Origin: an uncultured Desulfobulbus sp.
Lineage (GTDB): Bacteria; Desulfobacterota; Desulfobulbia; Desulfobulbales; Desulfobulbaceae
Assembly: GCA_964607065.1 (NCBI GenBank)
Contig: CAZSIJ010000011.1
Coordinates: 58,459-82,458, forward strand
Direction of reading: 5' to 3'
Length of the DNA stretch: 24,000 bases
Of the stretch, positions 1 through 7,930 are shown piece by piece. Position numbers and translations under genes: made by a program. The number at the start of each line of letters is the position of its first letter. The stretch's first letter is position 1. A model generated the notes under the pieces. That model did no database searches and was not told the DNA's origin. It saw only the letters and a program-made list of their open reading frames with translations.

Positions 1-888
1 AACTTTGCCCTTGGTATCCATCGGCATATCAGGCACCGACAGGTAGTTGAGGACGCCGGCGCCGTATTTGGTCCAATCAGCGTAATAAGCACCGACCGCG
101 GCAACGTCAGTGAGCATGGCCTGGTGAATAAAATCGCCCACTTCATCGACTAACGTCTTGATGTGAAACAGCTTCTCGATGGTCAAGTTGGAGGGGCTGT
201 CTGGATTGAGCGGATTAGTGACCCCGCCGACCGCCAGATTTTGGATGTGTGGGGTCTTGCTGCCCAGAATTGCCACCACCGTATTGATTTTACGTTGATA
301 CTCCAGCGCCTGGAGATAGTGGGTAGCGGCCAAAAGATTGACCTCTGGGGAGAGTTTCATGGCCGGATGGCCCCAATACCCGCTGGCAAAGATGCCTAGC
401 TGGCCGGTGCCGATGAACTTTTTCAGACGGTCTTGAACTGACTTTATTTCCTGATAGCTGTTGCCCTTCCAGTCGGAGAGCTTTTGTCCCAGAGCCGCAG
501 TGGCTTTGGCATCAGCGGTGGTGGCTGAGACAATGTCCACCCAGTCGAGTGCACAGAGTTGGTAGAAGTGGACAATATGATCATGGACGCCATGCGCGCC
601 GACAATCATGTTGCGGATGAACTGGGCATTGATAGGGATCTCAAGCTTGAGAGCATCTTCTACAGCCCGGACCGATGCCATGGCGTGCACTGTGGTGCAG
701 ACGCCGCAGATACGCTGGGCATAGGCCCATGCATCTCTCGGATCCCGACCTTTGAGGATGATTTCAATGCCTCGCCACATCTGCCCCGACGACCAGGCAT
801 TAGTGACCTTGCCGTTGTCGACTTCACAATCTATGCGTAGATGACCCTCAATTCTGGTTACTGGATCAATGGTAATTTTTCTGGCCAT
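1..888 (-). CDS. [NiFe]-hydrogenase large (catalytic) subunit, group-1 periplasmic uptake type; N-terminal 296 codons only, 3' end lies beyond the window start
   Basis: Absent from the ORF track because there is no stop inside the window. I translated the minus strand from the ATG (complement of 886-888), which is preceded by an AAGGAGAA Shine-Dalgarno: MARKITIDPVTRIEGHLRIDCEVDNGKVTNAWSSGQMWRGIEIILKGRDPRDAWAYAQRICGVCTTVHAMASVRAVEDAL... It carries RIEGH and the N-terminal RxCGxC Ni-ligand motif. The frame stays open to position 1. Confidence 0.9.
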   Translation of the reverse strand, partial: MARKITIDPVTRIEGHLRIDCEVDNGKVTNAWSSGQMWRGIEIILKGRDPRDAWAYAQRICGVCTTVHAMASVRAVEDALKLEIPINAQFIRNMIVGAHGVHDHIVHFYQLCALDWVDIVSATTADAKATAALGQKLSDWKGNSYQEIKSVQDRLKKFIGTGQLGIFASGYWGHPAMKLSPEVNLLAATHYLQALEYQRKINTVVAILGSKTPHIQNLAVGGVTNPLNPDSPSNLTIEKLFHIKTLVDEVGDFIHQAMLTDVAAVGAYYADWTKYGAGVLNYLSVPDMPMDTKGKV

Positions 889-973
889 GGTTGTTTTCTC
901 CTTTACGCTCTCATTGCAAGGGGATGAATGTCATTTCGTATCGTTCTTCGCAAGGACAGGTCGCCTGATACAC

Positions 974-2002
974 TCAGGACGCATCCCCTTTCCCGGCATC
1001 ATTCTTTTTTTTCTCTAGCCTCTGGGTCACTAGCCGCGTTACCGTGCCGGCAACCAGGAGGGAACCGATCAAAATCGGCACATGGGAGACGTAATCCCAT
1101 GTGTAATCAGGATAAACTTGATTAGTAATCCTGGGGTTGAAGCCCAGTTTGTCGAATTGAACACCGGCCAGAAAGAGATATTGCGTGCCGCCAGCTTCAT
1201 CCATGCCATAGATATGGTTGACATAGGTGGCGACTACTTGTTCGGTTCGCTTTTTGCTGTCAACCCGCTGCACCGGATAGGCATAGCTGTCGCCAGGTTT
1301 AAGGGCAAGACGTCGTTTAGCCTCTTCACGCAAGTCTTCCACCCGTCCGAAGATCGAGGCGCCGGTTGGGCAGGCTTCGCAACAGGCTGAATATTTGCCT
1401 TGTGCATAGCGGTGGTTACACAGCTGGCACTTGACAACTGAAGGAGAAGCCTTTTCCCATTCATAGGCTGGAATGTTGAAAGGGCAAGCTATCTGGCAAT
1501 ACCGGCAGCCGAAGCATTTGTTTTTGTTATAAGTGACGATTCCGGTGTCTTTTTGCTTTTGCAGGGCTGCTACCGGACAGACCGAGACGCAGGCCGGTTC
1601 AATGCAATGCAGGCAGTGCTGTTTAATAAAGGAGAAGGTGGGTGAGCCGCTGTCTGGCGTGGTTTTACCTTCATTCCGGTGGGCTTTGATGACACACAAA
1701 GTGTTGGATGAGAGGTTCTTTGGGGCATCGTAGATTTTATCTTTATCCCCTTCTGGATGTTCGAAAGGAATCTTTCCCGCGGTTTCTTTGTGATACAGAG
1801 CCCCGCCTGGTTCAGAATTGGCTAATTTACAGTTGACCATGCACGACTTGCAGCCGATGCACAGGGTGGAATCGTAGAGGATGCCAACCGCATCTTTGGA
1901 GAGTTGCGGCGCCTGGGCAGCTGTGCCGGAGGTCGCCCCTGCAGTCAGCATCAGGCCTGAACCCGCTGAAAATTTAAGAAAATCCCGTCTATTTATTGCC
2001 AT
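974..2002 (-). CDS. hybA: HybA-type periplasmic 4x[4Fe-4S] ferredoxin-like hydrogenase electron-transfer subunit (Tat signal, C-terminal membrane anchor)
   Basis: 342-aa ORF. The N-terminus has a twin-arginine signal (MAINRRDFLKFSAG...AAQA). There are four Cys clusters (CIGCKSCMVNC, CLHCIEPACVSVCP, CFGCRYCQIACP, CQLC...CCEACP). A single C-terminal hydrophobic helix is present (VPILIGSLLVAGTVTRLV). It sits between the hydrogenase small and large subunit genes. Confidence 0.85.
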   Translation of the reverse strand: MAINRRDFLKFSAGSGLMLTAGATSGTAAQAPQLSKDAVGILYDSTLCIGCKSCMVNCKLANSEPGGALYHKETAGKIPFEHPEGDKDKIYDAPKNLSSNTLCVIKAHRNEGKTTPDSGSPTFSFIKQHCLHCIEPACVSVCPVAALQKQKDTGIVTYNKNKCFGCRYCQIACPFNIPAYEWEKASPSVVKCQLCNHRYAQGKYSACCEACPTGASIFGRVEDLREEAKRRLALKPGDSYAYPVQRVDSKKRTEQVVATYVNHIYGMDEAGGTQYLFLAGVQFDKLGFNPRITNQVYPDYTWDYVSHVPILIGSLLVAGTVTRLVTQRLEKKKNDAGKGDAS

Positions 2003-2028
2003 GGTCTTCGCGCTCCCGAGCTTGTTGA

Positions 2029-3123
2029 TCAGTCTTCCTTACCATCGCGTTTGGTTAGGGCCACCGCAGCGGCACCGATAGCAGCTCCAGCAACACCGTA
2101 AGCGAATCCCTTGGCCCCGCTACCTTTTTCAGGAACCGCATCTGTATGCCCGGCCGGAGGGGTGGGGAAGACAACCTTGGCTTTGGAGAACAGAGGACTG
2201 TTGAATCCGACTTTTTCCTCGGAACAGCCGAAGCAAGGTGACCCGGTTGCAACCGGCCAGCAGCCGGGAGTATCGTTGAAGGGAAGAGTCGAGCAGTTGT
2301 TGTAGGTCTCTGGACCTTTGCAACCCATCTTGTAGAGGCAGAATCCCTGGCGGTGTCCTGCGTCGCCGAAGTCCTCAGCAAAACGACCTGCATCGAAATG
2401 CGGACGGCGTTCGCAGTTTTCATGAATGAGGCGGCTGTAGGCGAATTTCGGGCGTCCTTTATCATCCAGGGCAGGCAGTTTCTTGAAGGTCAGGTAATGG
2501 ATGACCGTGGAGAGAAAATTATACGGATTGGGCGGGCAACCAGGGATGTTGATCACAGGAATACCTTTACCTTTCAGAATCTCGTGAACTGGGGTGGCCC
2601 CGGTGGGGTTCGGAGAGGCAGCGGCAACACCGCCCCAGGCAGCGCATGATCCGATGGCGATAACTGCGGCAGCGAGTGGAGCAGTTTCATTGAGAATATC
2701 CAGCACCGGCTTGCCGGCGACCATGCAATAGACGCCCTTATCCTTGACTGGAATAGCACCGTCCACCACCAGAATGAACTTGCCTTTATTAGCTTCGATT
2801 GATTTGGCGCGGTGGGCTTCAGCCTGATGGCCGGACCCTGCGTTGAGGGTCTCAGAATACTCGAGCGAGATCAGGTCGAAAATCAGACTGTCGATAGACG
2901 GATGATTAGTGCGCAACAAGCTCTCAACACAGCCCGTACACTCCTGACCAGACAGCCAGATCACTGGAGGTCGTTGGGGCGAGGTGATAGCCTCGGCTAT
3001 TTTCGGGACCATACCGATCGGCAGGCCCATCGTCGCCGCAACCGCCGTGCAGAACTTCATGAAATCCCTGCGAGTCACTCCACTCAACAGATTCTCATTA
3101 TTGTCAACAGCCTTAGACTCCAT
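2029..3123 (-). CDS. [NiFe]-hydrogenase small subunit, group 1, Tat-exported, with C-terminal membrane anchor
   Basis: 364-aa ORF. It has a Tat motif (TRRDFMKF), the proximal-cluster motif QECTGCVESLL, and further Cys motifs (GSCAAWGG, GCPPNP, CxxxxxxC...GSPCFGCSE). The C-terminus has a hydrophobic tail (GVAGAAIGAAAVAL). A strong SD (AAGGAGGT) lies upstream of the ATG at 3123. Confidence 0.92.
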   Translation of the reverse strand: MESKAVDNNENLLSGVTRRDFMKFCTAVAATMGLPIGMVPKIAEAITSPQRPPVIWLSGQECTGCVESLLRTNHPSIDSLIFDLISLEYSETLNAGSGHQAEAHRAKSIEANKGKFILVVDGAIPVKDKGVYCMVAGKPVLDILNETAPLAAAVIAIGSCAAWGGVAAASPNPTGATPVHEILKGKGIPVINIPGCPPNPYNFLSTVIHYLTFKKLPALDDKGRPKFAYSRLIHENCERRPHFDAGRFAEDFGDAGHRQGFCLYKMGCKGPETYNNCSTLPFNDTPGCWPVATGSPCFGCSEEKVGFNSPLFSKAKVVFPTPPAGHTDAVPEKGSGAKGFAYGVAGAAIGAAAVALTKRDGKED

Positions 3124-3254
3124 CTGCTACCTCCTTGATGTACAGTTACACTGCTAAGTACGCATGACGACCAGACACACCTCAACTATAAAAAACGGTA
3201 CAAAATTCTTTTGTGTGAGTTGTATAAAAGCAAAAACAAACCTGTGCAACATTT

Positions 3255-3260
3255 ATTATA
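3255..3260 (-). promoter_or_regulatory. Candidate sigma70 -10 hexamer (perfect TATAAT on minus strand) for the group-1 hydrogenase operon
   Basis: The complement of 3255-3260 reads TATAAT, about 130 nt upstream of the small-subunit ATG. No good -35 is present (CTAATT/TAATTG at 16-17 nt). It is bracketed by the inverted repeat GTGCAA(3244-3249)/TTGCAC(3263-3268). Confidence 0.3.
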
Positions 3261-3263
3261 TTT

Positions 3264-3282
3264 TGCACAATTTGCACAATTA
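3264..3282. promoter_or_regulatory. 19-nt motif TGCACAATTTGCACAATTA (copy 1), candidate operator shared with the hypF upstream region
   Basis: It is 17/19 identical to 7648-7666 in the same orientation. It lies 141-159 nt upstream of the small-subunit ATG. It is part of a cluster of four TGCAC/GTGCA half-sites (3244-3248, 3264-3268, 3273-3277, 3283-3287), including the perfect palindrome TGCAC-AATTA-GTGCA at 3273-3287. Confidence 0.4.
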
Positions 3283-3426
3283 GTGCAGTTTGCTTATGTG
3301 CGAGTGAGATAATTGATGAGCCAAATGAGTTTACGGAGGTCAGGGTAAGCGATGTGATATTTAGGAGTAATTTATATGGATGGCGGAGCACGGTGCGATT
3401 GATGCTATAAAGGCTGCCAGGGTGTC

Positions 3427-3455
3427 TTATTGCAAGCAATAATGAATTATTCATT
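3427..3455. promoter_or_regulatory. Two abutting perfect AT-rich palindromes (possible upstream regulator binding sites)
   Basis: TTATTGC-AA-GCAATAA at 3427-3442 and AATGAAT-T-ATTCATT at 3441-3455. They lie about 305-330 nt upstream of the group-1 hydrogenase small-subunit start, inside the 680-bp intergenic region. Confidence 0.3.
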
Positions 3456-3801
3456 GGAAAGATTTGCAGGCGGGGAGGGGTATCTGCTGGTTTAAACTGC
3501 GACCAGAGCTGGGCAATAGAGAAAATGGTGCCGAGGTCTAATGAGAAAAAGCGAGAACGAATGTTCGATTGAGGAACAAACTGATAAAGAAAGGAAATGG
3601 GAGAGGGGCAAGCGCCAGGATGTTCTGGCGTGGTTGCGAAAATTTGAACCCTCGCTTCTAGGAATACTGGCCAGGCCCCCGCTGGGGCGAAGCATTTTAG
3701 AGCGGGGCAGGTTGTAACAAGTTGCGCTGAATGGAAAGGGCGGCTTGTACGGGAGTTTTGCGTCACATCATGAGTGAGTTTTATTTCGCATCATTATAGG
3801 A

Positions 3802-4929
3802 TCATGGCGTTGTTTTGTCTTTTGCAACCTTGCGGCGGCTTTCCTTCTGGCCGCTGTAGCGGTAATAGGCGGCGCAGGTCCCTTCGTTTGAAACCATACA
3901 GGGGCCGACCGGTTGCAAAGGGGTGCAGGCGGCACCATAAAGGGGACAATCCGGGGGCAGGAGGCGACCTTTGAGAATGTCGCCGCATCGGCAACCTTTG
4001 GTCTCACTCGTAGGTTGTAGCTGGATTTCAAGTCGTAGCATACCGTCAAAGCGGCTATATTTCTCCCGTAGTACCAGGCCGCTGCCAGGAATGACCCCAA
4101 GACCGCGCCATTCGCTGTCGGCCGGCATAAAGACCTCGTTAATCAACGCTAGCGCTTTGCGGTTGCCTTCAGGGCTCACAACTCTGGTGTAGCAGTTGTC
4201 GACCCTGGGCGCGCCTTCCTTGTGTTGTCGGATCAGGCTAAGCAGGCCGGCGAGGATGTCGGCGGGTTCGAAACCGGCGACGGCGCATCCCAGGTGGTAT
4301 CGTTCGGCCATGGGCAGGTAGGCGTCGCTGCCTATGATGGCACTGACATGGCCGGGGCAGAGCAGGCCGTCAACCTGCAGTTCCGGGTCGGCCATTAAGG
4401 CCTCCAGTGCCTGGGGCATGGTCTTGCTGGCGGCAATGATCATAAAATTGGAGATCCCCAACCGTTCGGCCTGTAAAATGGTGGCAGCAATGGTCGGAAT
4501 GGTCGTCTCAAAGCCAATAGCAGGAAAGAGGACTAACCGTTCCGGCTCCTGTTGCGCCAGGGTCAGTGCGTCCATGGGCGAGTAGACGATTTCCACTCGG
4601 GCTCCTCCGGCTCGTGCTGTAGCCAGTGATCCATTGCGGCCTGGAACACGGATCAGGTCGCCGAAGGTAGCGATGGTAACCTGGGGCAGGTTTGCGGCAG
4701 CAACAAAGGCGTCGATGTGACTGGCTGGGGTCACGCAGACCGGACACCCGGGACCGGAGAGCAGGGTCAGGCCTTCGGGCAGCAGGGAGCGGATGCCATG
4801 GCGGAAAATCGACATGGTGTGGGTGCCGCAGACCTCCATGATCCGCAGGGGCCGGACCAGGCTGCGTCTGATTTCTTCCACCAGAGGTGCGGTGATTGCC
4901 CGGCTACGGAATTCGTCGGCGCACTTCAT
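3802..4929 (-). CDS. hypD: Hydrogenase maturation factor HypD (Fe(CN)2CO scaffold)
   Basis: 375-aa ORF: MKCADEFR...MEVCGTHTMSIFRHGIRSLLP...LLSGPGCPVCVTP...GFEP...C-terminal GPCMVSNEGTCAAYYRY. Its ATG overlaps the hypC stop (ATGA at 4926-4929). Confidence 0.93.
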   Translation of the reverse strand: MKCADEFRSRAITAPLVEEIRRSLVRPLRIMEVCGTHTMSIFRHGIRSLLPEGLTLLSGPGCPVCVTPASHIDAFVAAANLPQVTIATFGDLIRVPGRNGSLATARAGGARVEIVYSPMDALTLAQQEPERLVLFPAIGFETTIPTIAATILQAERLGISNFMIIAASKTMPQALEALMADPELQVDGLLCPGHVSAIIGSDAYLPMAERYHLGCAVAGFEPADILAGLLSLIRQHKEGAPRVDNCYTRVVSPEGNRKALALINEVFMPADSEWRGLGVIPGSGLVLREKYSRFDGMLRLEIQLQPTSETKGCRCGDILKGRLLPPDCPLYGAACTPLQPVGPCMVSNEGTCAAYYRYSGQKESRRKVAKDKTTP

Positions 4930-5204
4930 TCCGGTGCTCCAGGCAAGCGGCCTTGATGTCCAAGCGTTTCGGCCATCTGTCGCATGAGTTTGAGGTTGTA
5001 CTCGGCATCTTCAACAGTCAGGGTGCGAATGGCAAATCCAGCATGAATGATGACATATTCGCCGACCAGTGGGATTCGGTCAGCCATTTCCAGTCGGATT
5101 TCCTTGCGGATGCCGTCACTTTCAACCAGGGCGACGCCGGGATCGAGCAGCTCATCGCTCCCGCCTCTAATTTCGACAACTTGCATTGGGATAGCTAGAC
5201 ACAT
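4926..5204 (-). CDS. hypC: Hydrogenase assembly chaperone HypC/HupF family
   Basis: 92-aa ORF that begins with the diagnostic MCLAIPMQVVEI (essential Cys2). An AGGAGGT SD is present. Its start overlaps the hypF 3' end by 10 nt. Confidence 0.9.
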   Translation of the reverse strand: MCLAIPMQVVEIRGGSDELLDPGVALVESDGIRKEIRLEMADRIPLVGEYVIIHAGFAIRTLTVEDAEYNLKLMRQMAETLGHQGRLPGAPE

Positions 5205-7519
5205 GGGGGTGTACCTCCTATAAAGGCCTGGCCAAGACTGATGCCACCGTCGTTCATCGGCACCAATTCGCCGGTGAACACGTTGAATTGGTGTTGTTGC
5301 ATCGTGTCGATCAGTGTTTCAAAAAGCACTTTGTTCTGCATGCAGCCACCGGATAGGACTATATCGGTCATCTGCGTCCGTTGCCTCAAAATTTTAAGCA
5401 GAGCCACCAGAGATTCGGCCAGCCAGGAGTGAAAACGACGAGCTATGATCGGGATGGTGATCTGGTTGGCAATGTCGTGAAGGATCAAGGCGGCAAGCGG
5501 TGCGGAATCGATGATCTGGAGTCCCGCTTCTTCGCGGAGCGTGATCGGATAAAAGGTTGCGTGCTCCTTGTGATCGGCAAGGGTGGCTTGGTGTTCCAGC
5601 AACATGGCAGCCTGTCCCTCGTAATCGCTGTACAGGCAAAGCCCGAGCAGGGCTGCAACTGCATCAAAAAGCCGGCCGCAGCTGGTGGTCTGTGGGCAAT
5701 TGAGCCTTTTGGTCATCATTGCGCCCAAGATTTGTTTGTTTTCAGGAGGGATGACCAATAGGGCCGGCGGTTGGTTGGCCTCGGTAAAGGCCTCCATGCC
5801 CAGTCCTTGATAGAGCAGGGCTAGGGCCATGCGCCAGGGTTCCTGAGCGGCCCGATCACCTCCCGGCAACAGGAGGTGCGACAAACGGCCGAGGCGCTGG
5901 AAACTATGTCTGTCGGCGAAATAAATCTCTCCGCCAAAGATTGTGCCGTCGGTACCGTAGCCGCTGCCGTCGAGCACAACACTGAGGACGGGGCCTTCTA
6001 AACCCTGTTCAGCCAGCACCGCTCCGGTGTGAGCATGATGGTGTTGAACTTCGTGGCATGGGATTTTCAGGTTCTGAGCATAACGGGTACTGATGTAGTC
6101 GGGATGGAGGTCACAGGCCGTTTGCTCTGGCGTAACTTCGAGCACTGTCTGGAGATGCTGAATGCTTTCCCGGTAAAAATAAAAATTTTCCGCATTGGTC
6201 AGTTCGCCGATATGCTGGCTGATGTAGGCTTCCTGGTTGCGAACGATGCAAAAACTGTTTTTCATTTCTGCGCCGCAGGCCAGGATGTCGGCGGTCGGCT
6301 GGCGTAAAAGGATGGGAACCGGCGAATAGCCGCGTGCCCGGCGCAAAAGTCGGGTCGTGCCGGCCATAATCCGGGCGACCGAGTCGTCAACCCGAGTAAC
6401 GATATCCCGATCGTGCAGCAGAAAAAAATCAGCGAGTCCGTTCAGTCGTCTCAACGCCTCGTCGTTATCGGTGCAAATCGGCTCGTCGCTGCGGTTGCCA
6501 CTGGTCATAACCAGAGCAAGCGGAGCTCGGGGTTGATTAAGCAGGAGATGGTGGAGCGGGGTGTAGGGCAGCATCAGCCCGAGTATGCCAAGTCCCGGAG
6601 CCAGTCCGTCTGTTAAGTCCGCAGCCATCAGGCGATCGAGCAGGACAATGGGGTGTTCCGGTGCGGTGAGCAGAGCAGCTTCCTCTGGTGTAATGCGGCA
6701 AAAACGGGCGGCTGTGGCCAGATCTTTGACCATGATTGCCAAGGGTTTCGAGACGCGATTTTTGCGTTGTCGAAGCGTTGCCACCGCTGCAGCTGATCCG
6801 GCATCGACAGCCAGATGAAATCCCCCCAGCCCCTTGATTGCTACTACGTGGCCGTCTGCTAGGGCGCTGGCTGCTAAGGTCAGGCAGTCTCCCGCAATCA
6901 AATGGCCATCGCCATCATGCCAGCTCAGACGTGGTCCGCATTGAGGGCAGGCGTTGGGTTGGGCGTGGAAGCGGCGATCCATAGGGTCGTGATATTCTTG
7001 ATTGCAGGCTTCGCACAGGGGGAAGAGGCGCATCGAGGTGTTGGGCCGGTCGTAGGGGATCTGCTCGACAATAGAAAACCGGGGGCCGCAGTTGGTGCAG
7101 TTAGTAAAAGGGTAGCGGAAACGACGGTTGCTCGGTTCAAGGATTTCGACCAGGCAATCGTTACAGATGGCAATGTCCGGGGCGATCTGGGTGCTGGGGC
7201 GCGCCCCTTGACTGCTCGGCAAAATTTGGAAGTCGGCGGCGGTAAGTGGTTGCTCGGTCGTCTGTACGTCTAGGCGGATGATCCGTGCGGATGGTGGAGC
7301 TTCGGTTCTCAGGGCAGCAATGAAATCGTCCAGGGTTGCCTCAGTGCCGCGGATGCGTATGTGGACGCCGTCACTGTTGTTGGCAACCGTCCCTGTCAGG
7401 CCGTGCCGGTGGGCCAGTCGGTACACAAACGGACGAAATCCCACTCCTTGAACAATCCCGTGAATGGTAATGATCAGAGTTTTCGTCTGCCTATCTACGA
7501 GGTTTACGGCCAGGGTCAT
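5195..7519 (-). CDS. hypF: Carbamoyltransferase HypF
   Basis: 774-aa ORF. It has an N-terminal acylphosphatase-like domain (IHGIVQGVGFRPFVYRLA). Two zinc-finger pairs are present (CNDC...CTNCGPRFS, CEAC...CPQCGPR). These are followed by a YrdC-like and a Kae1/HypF C-terminal domain (GGCMQN...). Confidence 0.93.
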   Translation of the reverse strand: MTLAVNLVDRQTKTLIITIHGIVQGVGFRPFVYRLAHRHGLTGTVANNSDGVHIRIRGTEATLDDFIAALRTEAPPSARIIRLDVQTTEQPLTAADFQILPSSQGARPSTQIAPDIAICNDCLVEILEPSNRRFRYPFTNCTNCGPRFSIVEQIPYDRPNTSMRLFPLCEACNQEYHDPMDRRFHAQPNACPQCGPRLSWHDGDGHLIAGDCLTLAASALADGHVVAIKGLGGFHLAVDAGSAAAVATLRQRKNRVSKPLAIMVKDLATAARFCRITPEEAALLTAPEHPIVLLDRLMAADLTDGLAPGLGILGLMLPYTPLHHLLLNQPRAPLALVMTSGNRSDEPICTDNDEALRRLNGLADFFLLHDRDIVTRVDDSVARIMAGTTRLLRRARGYSPVPILLRQPTADILACGAEMKNSFCIVRNQEAYISQHIGELTNAENFYFYRESIQHLQTVLEVTPEQTACDLHPDYISTRYAQNLKIPCHEVQHHHAHTGAVLAEQGLEGPVLSVVLDGSGYGTDGTIFGGEIYFADRHSFQRLGRLSHLLLPGGDRAAQEPWRMALALLYQGLGMEAFTEANQPPALLVIPPENKQILGAMMTKRLNCPQTTSCGRLFDAVAALLGLCLYSDYEGQAAMLLEHQATLADHKEHATFYPITLREEAGLQIIDSAPLAALILHDIANQITIPIIARRFHSWLAESLVALLKILRQRTQMTDIVLSGGCMQNKVLFETLIDTMQQHQFNVFTGELVPMNDGGISLGQAFIGGTPPCV

Positions 7520-7647
7520 AGCATTTGGTTGTGGCAGGTTGATGAGGGCTTTGTCATGGGGTGACGGTGGATATACCTCAGACAGGAAGCCATACTGTAG
7601 CAGTAAGGAATTGTTTATACCACCTCTTTTTCAATGCTTGAACAGTA

Positions 7648-7666
7648 TGCCCAATTTGCATAATTA
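7648..7666. promoter_or_regulatory. 19-nt motif TGCCCAATTTGCATAATTA (copy 2), candidate operator or internal promoter element upstream of hypFCD
   Basis: It is 17/19 identical to 3264-3282 in the same orientation. It lies 129-147 nt upstream of the hypF ATG (7519) and 10 nt downstream of the stop of the small Cys4 gene. It overlaps the short palindrome TATGC-N7-GCATA (7646-7662). Confidence 0.4.
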
Positions 7667-7675
7667 CCCCTCTTC

Positions 7676-7930
7676 TTACCCCTCACCCAAAGCTTGGCGC
7701 TGAATTTCACGATAACGTTTGGAGTGGACGATCTTTTGTTTTTCCAGATCTTCAATTTCTTCCCGGCTCAAATGGATAAGCCCGCAGACTGGACAGGAGA
7801 GATCCATGTCATCGTGAGCGGCGCGCTGTTTGAGTTCGTCGGCTGTCATGTGTCCGACATAGCCGCAGGCACAGTTCGGTGCTTCGACCCTGACTACTTT
7901 TCGTTGTTTTGTTTTGTTATTCTCGTTCAT
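7676..7930 (-). CDS. Small hypothetical Cys4 (CxC...CxxC, zinc-ribbon-like) protein with charged helical C-terminus
   Basis: The ORF track gives 7676-7975, which uses a TTG start. The first ATG (complement of 7928-7930) gives 84 aa: MNENNKTKQRKVVRVEAPNCACGYVGHMTADELKQRAAHDDMDLSCPVCGLIHLSREEIEDLEKQKIVHSKRYREIQRQALGEG. It is on the same strand as its neighbours, wedged between the Sec hydrogenase large subunit and hypF. There is no obvious SD, I recognise no family, and the start is uncertain. Confidence 0.5.
   Translation of the reverse strand: MNENNKTKQRKVVRVEAPNCACGYVGHMTADELKQRAAHDDMDLSCPVCGLIHLSREEIEDLEKQKIVHSKRYREIQRQALGEG

Noticed and set aside
3273-3288. Sigma54-like promoter on the minus strand (CTGCAC-TAATT-GTGCA versus TGGCAC-N5-TTGCA)
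   Set aside because: The nearly invariant GG of the -24 element is TG here. The sequence is better explained as a perfect palindrome (TGCAC-N5-GTGCA). No enhancer-binding protein gene is present in the window.
3182-3766. 194-codon ORF (GTG start) on the minus strand filling the hypD-hydrogenase spacer
   Set aside because: The translation is S/L/I/F/T/P-rich with very few acidic residues, and I recognise no motif or SD. The minus strand here is pyrimidine-rich, which depletes the purine-rich stop codons and produces long chance ORFs. I treat it as non-coding.
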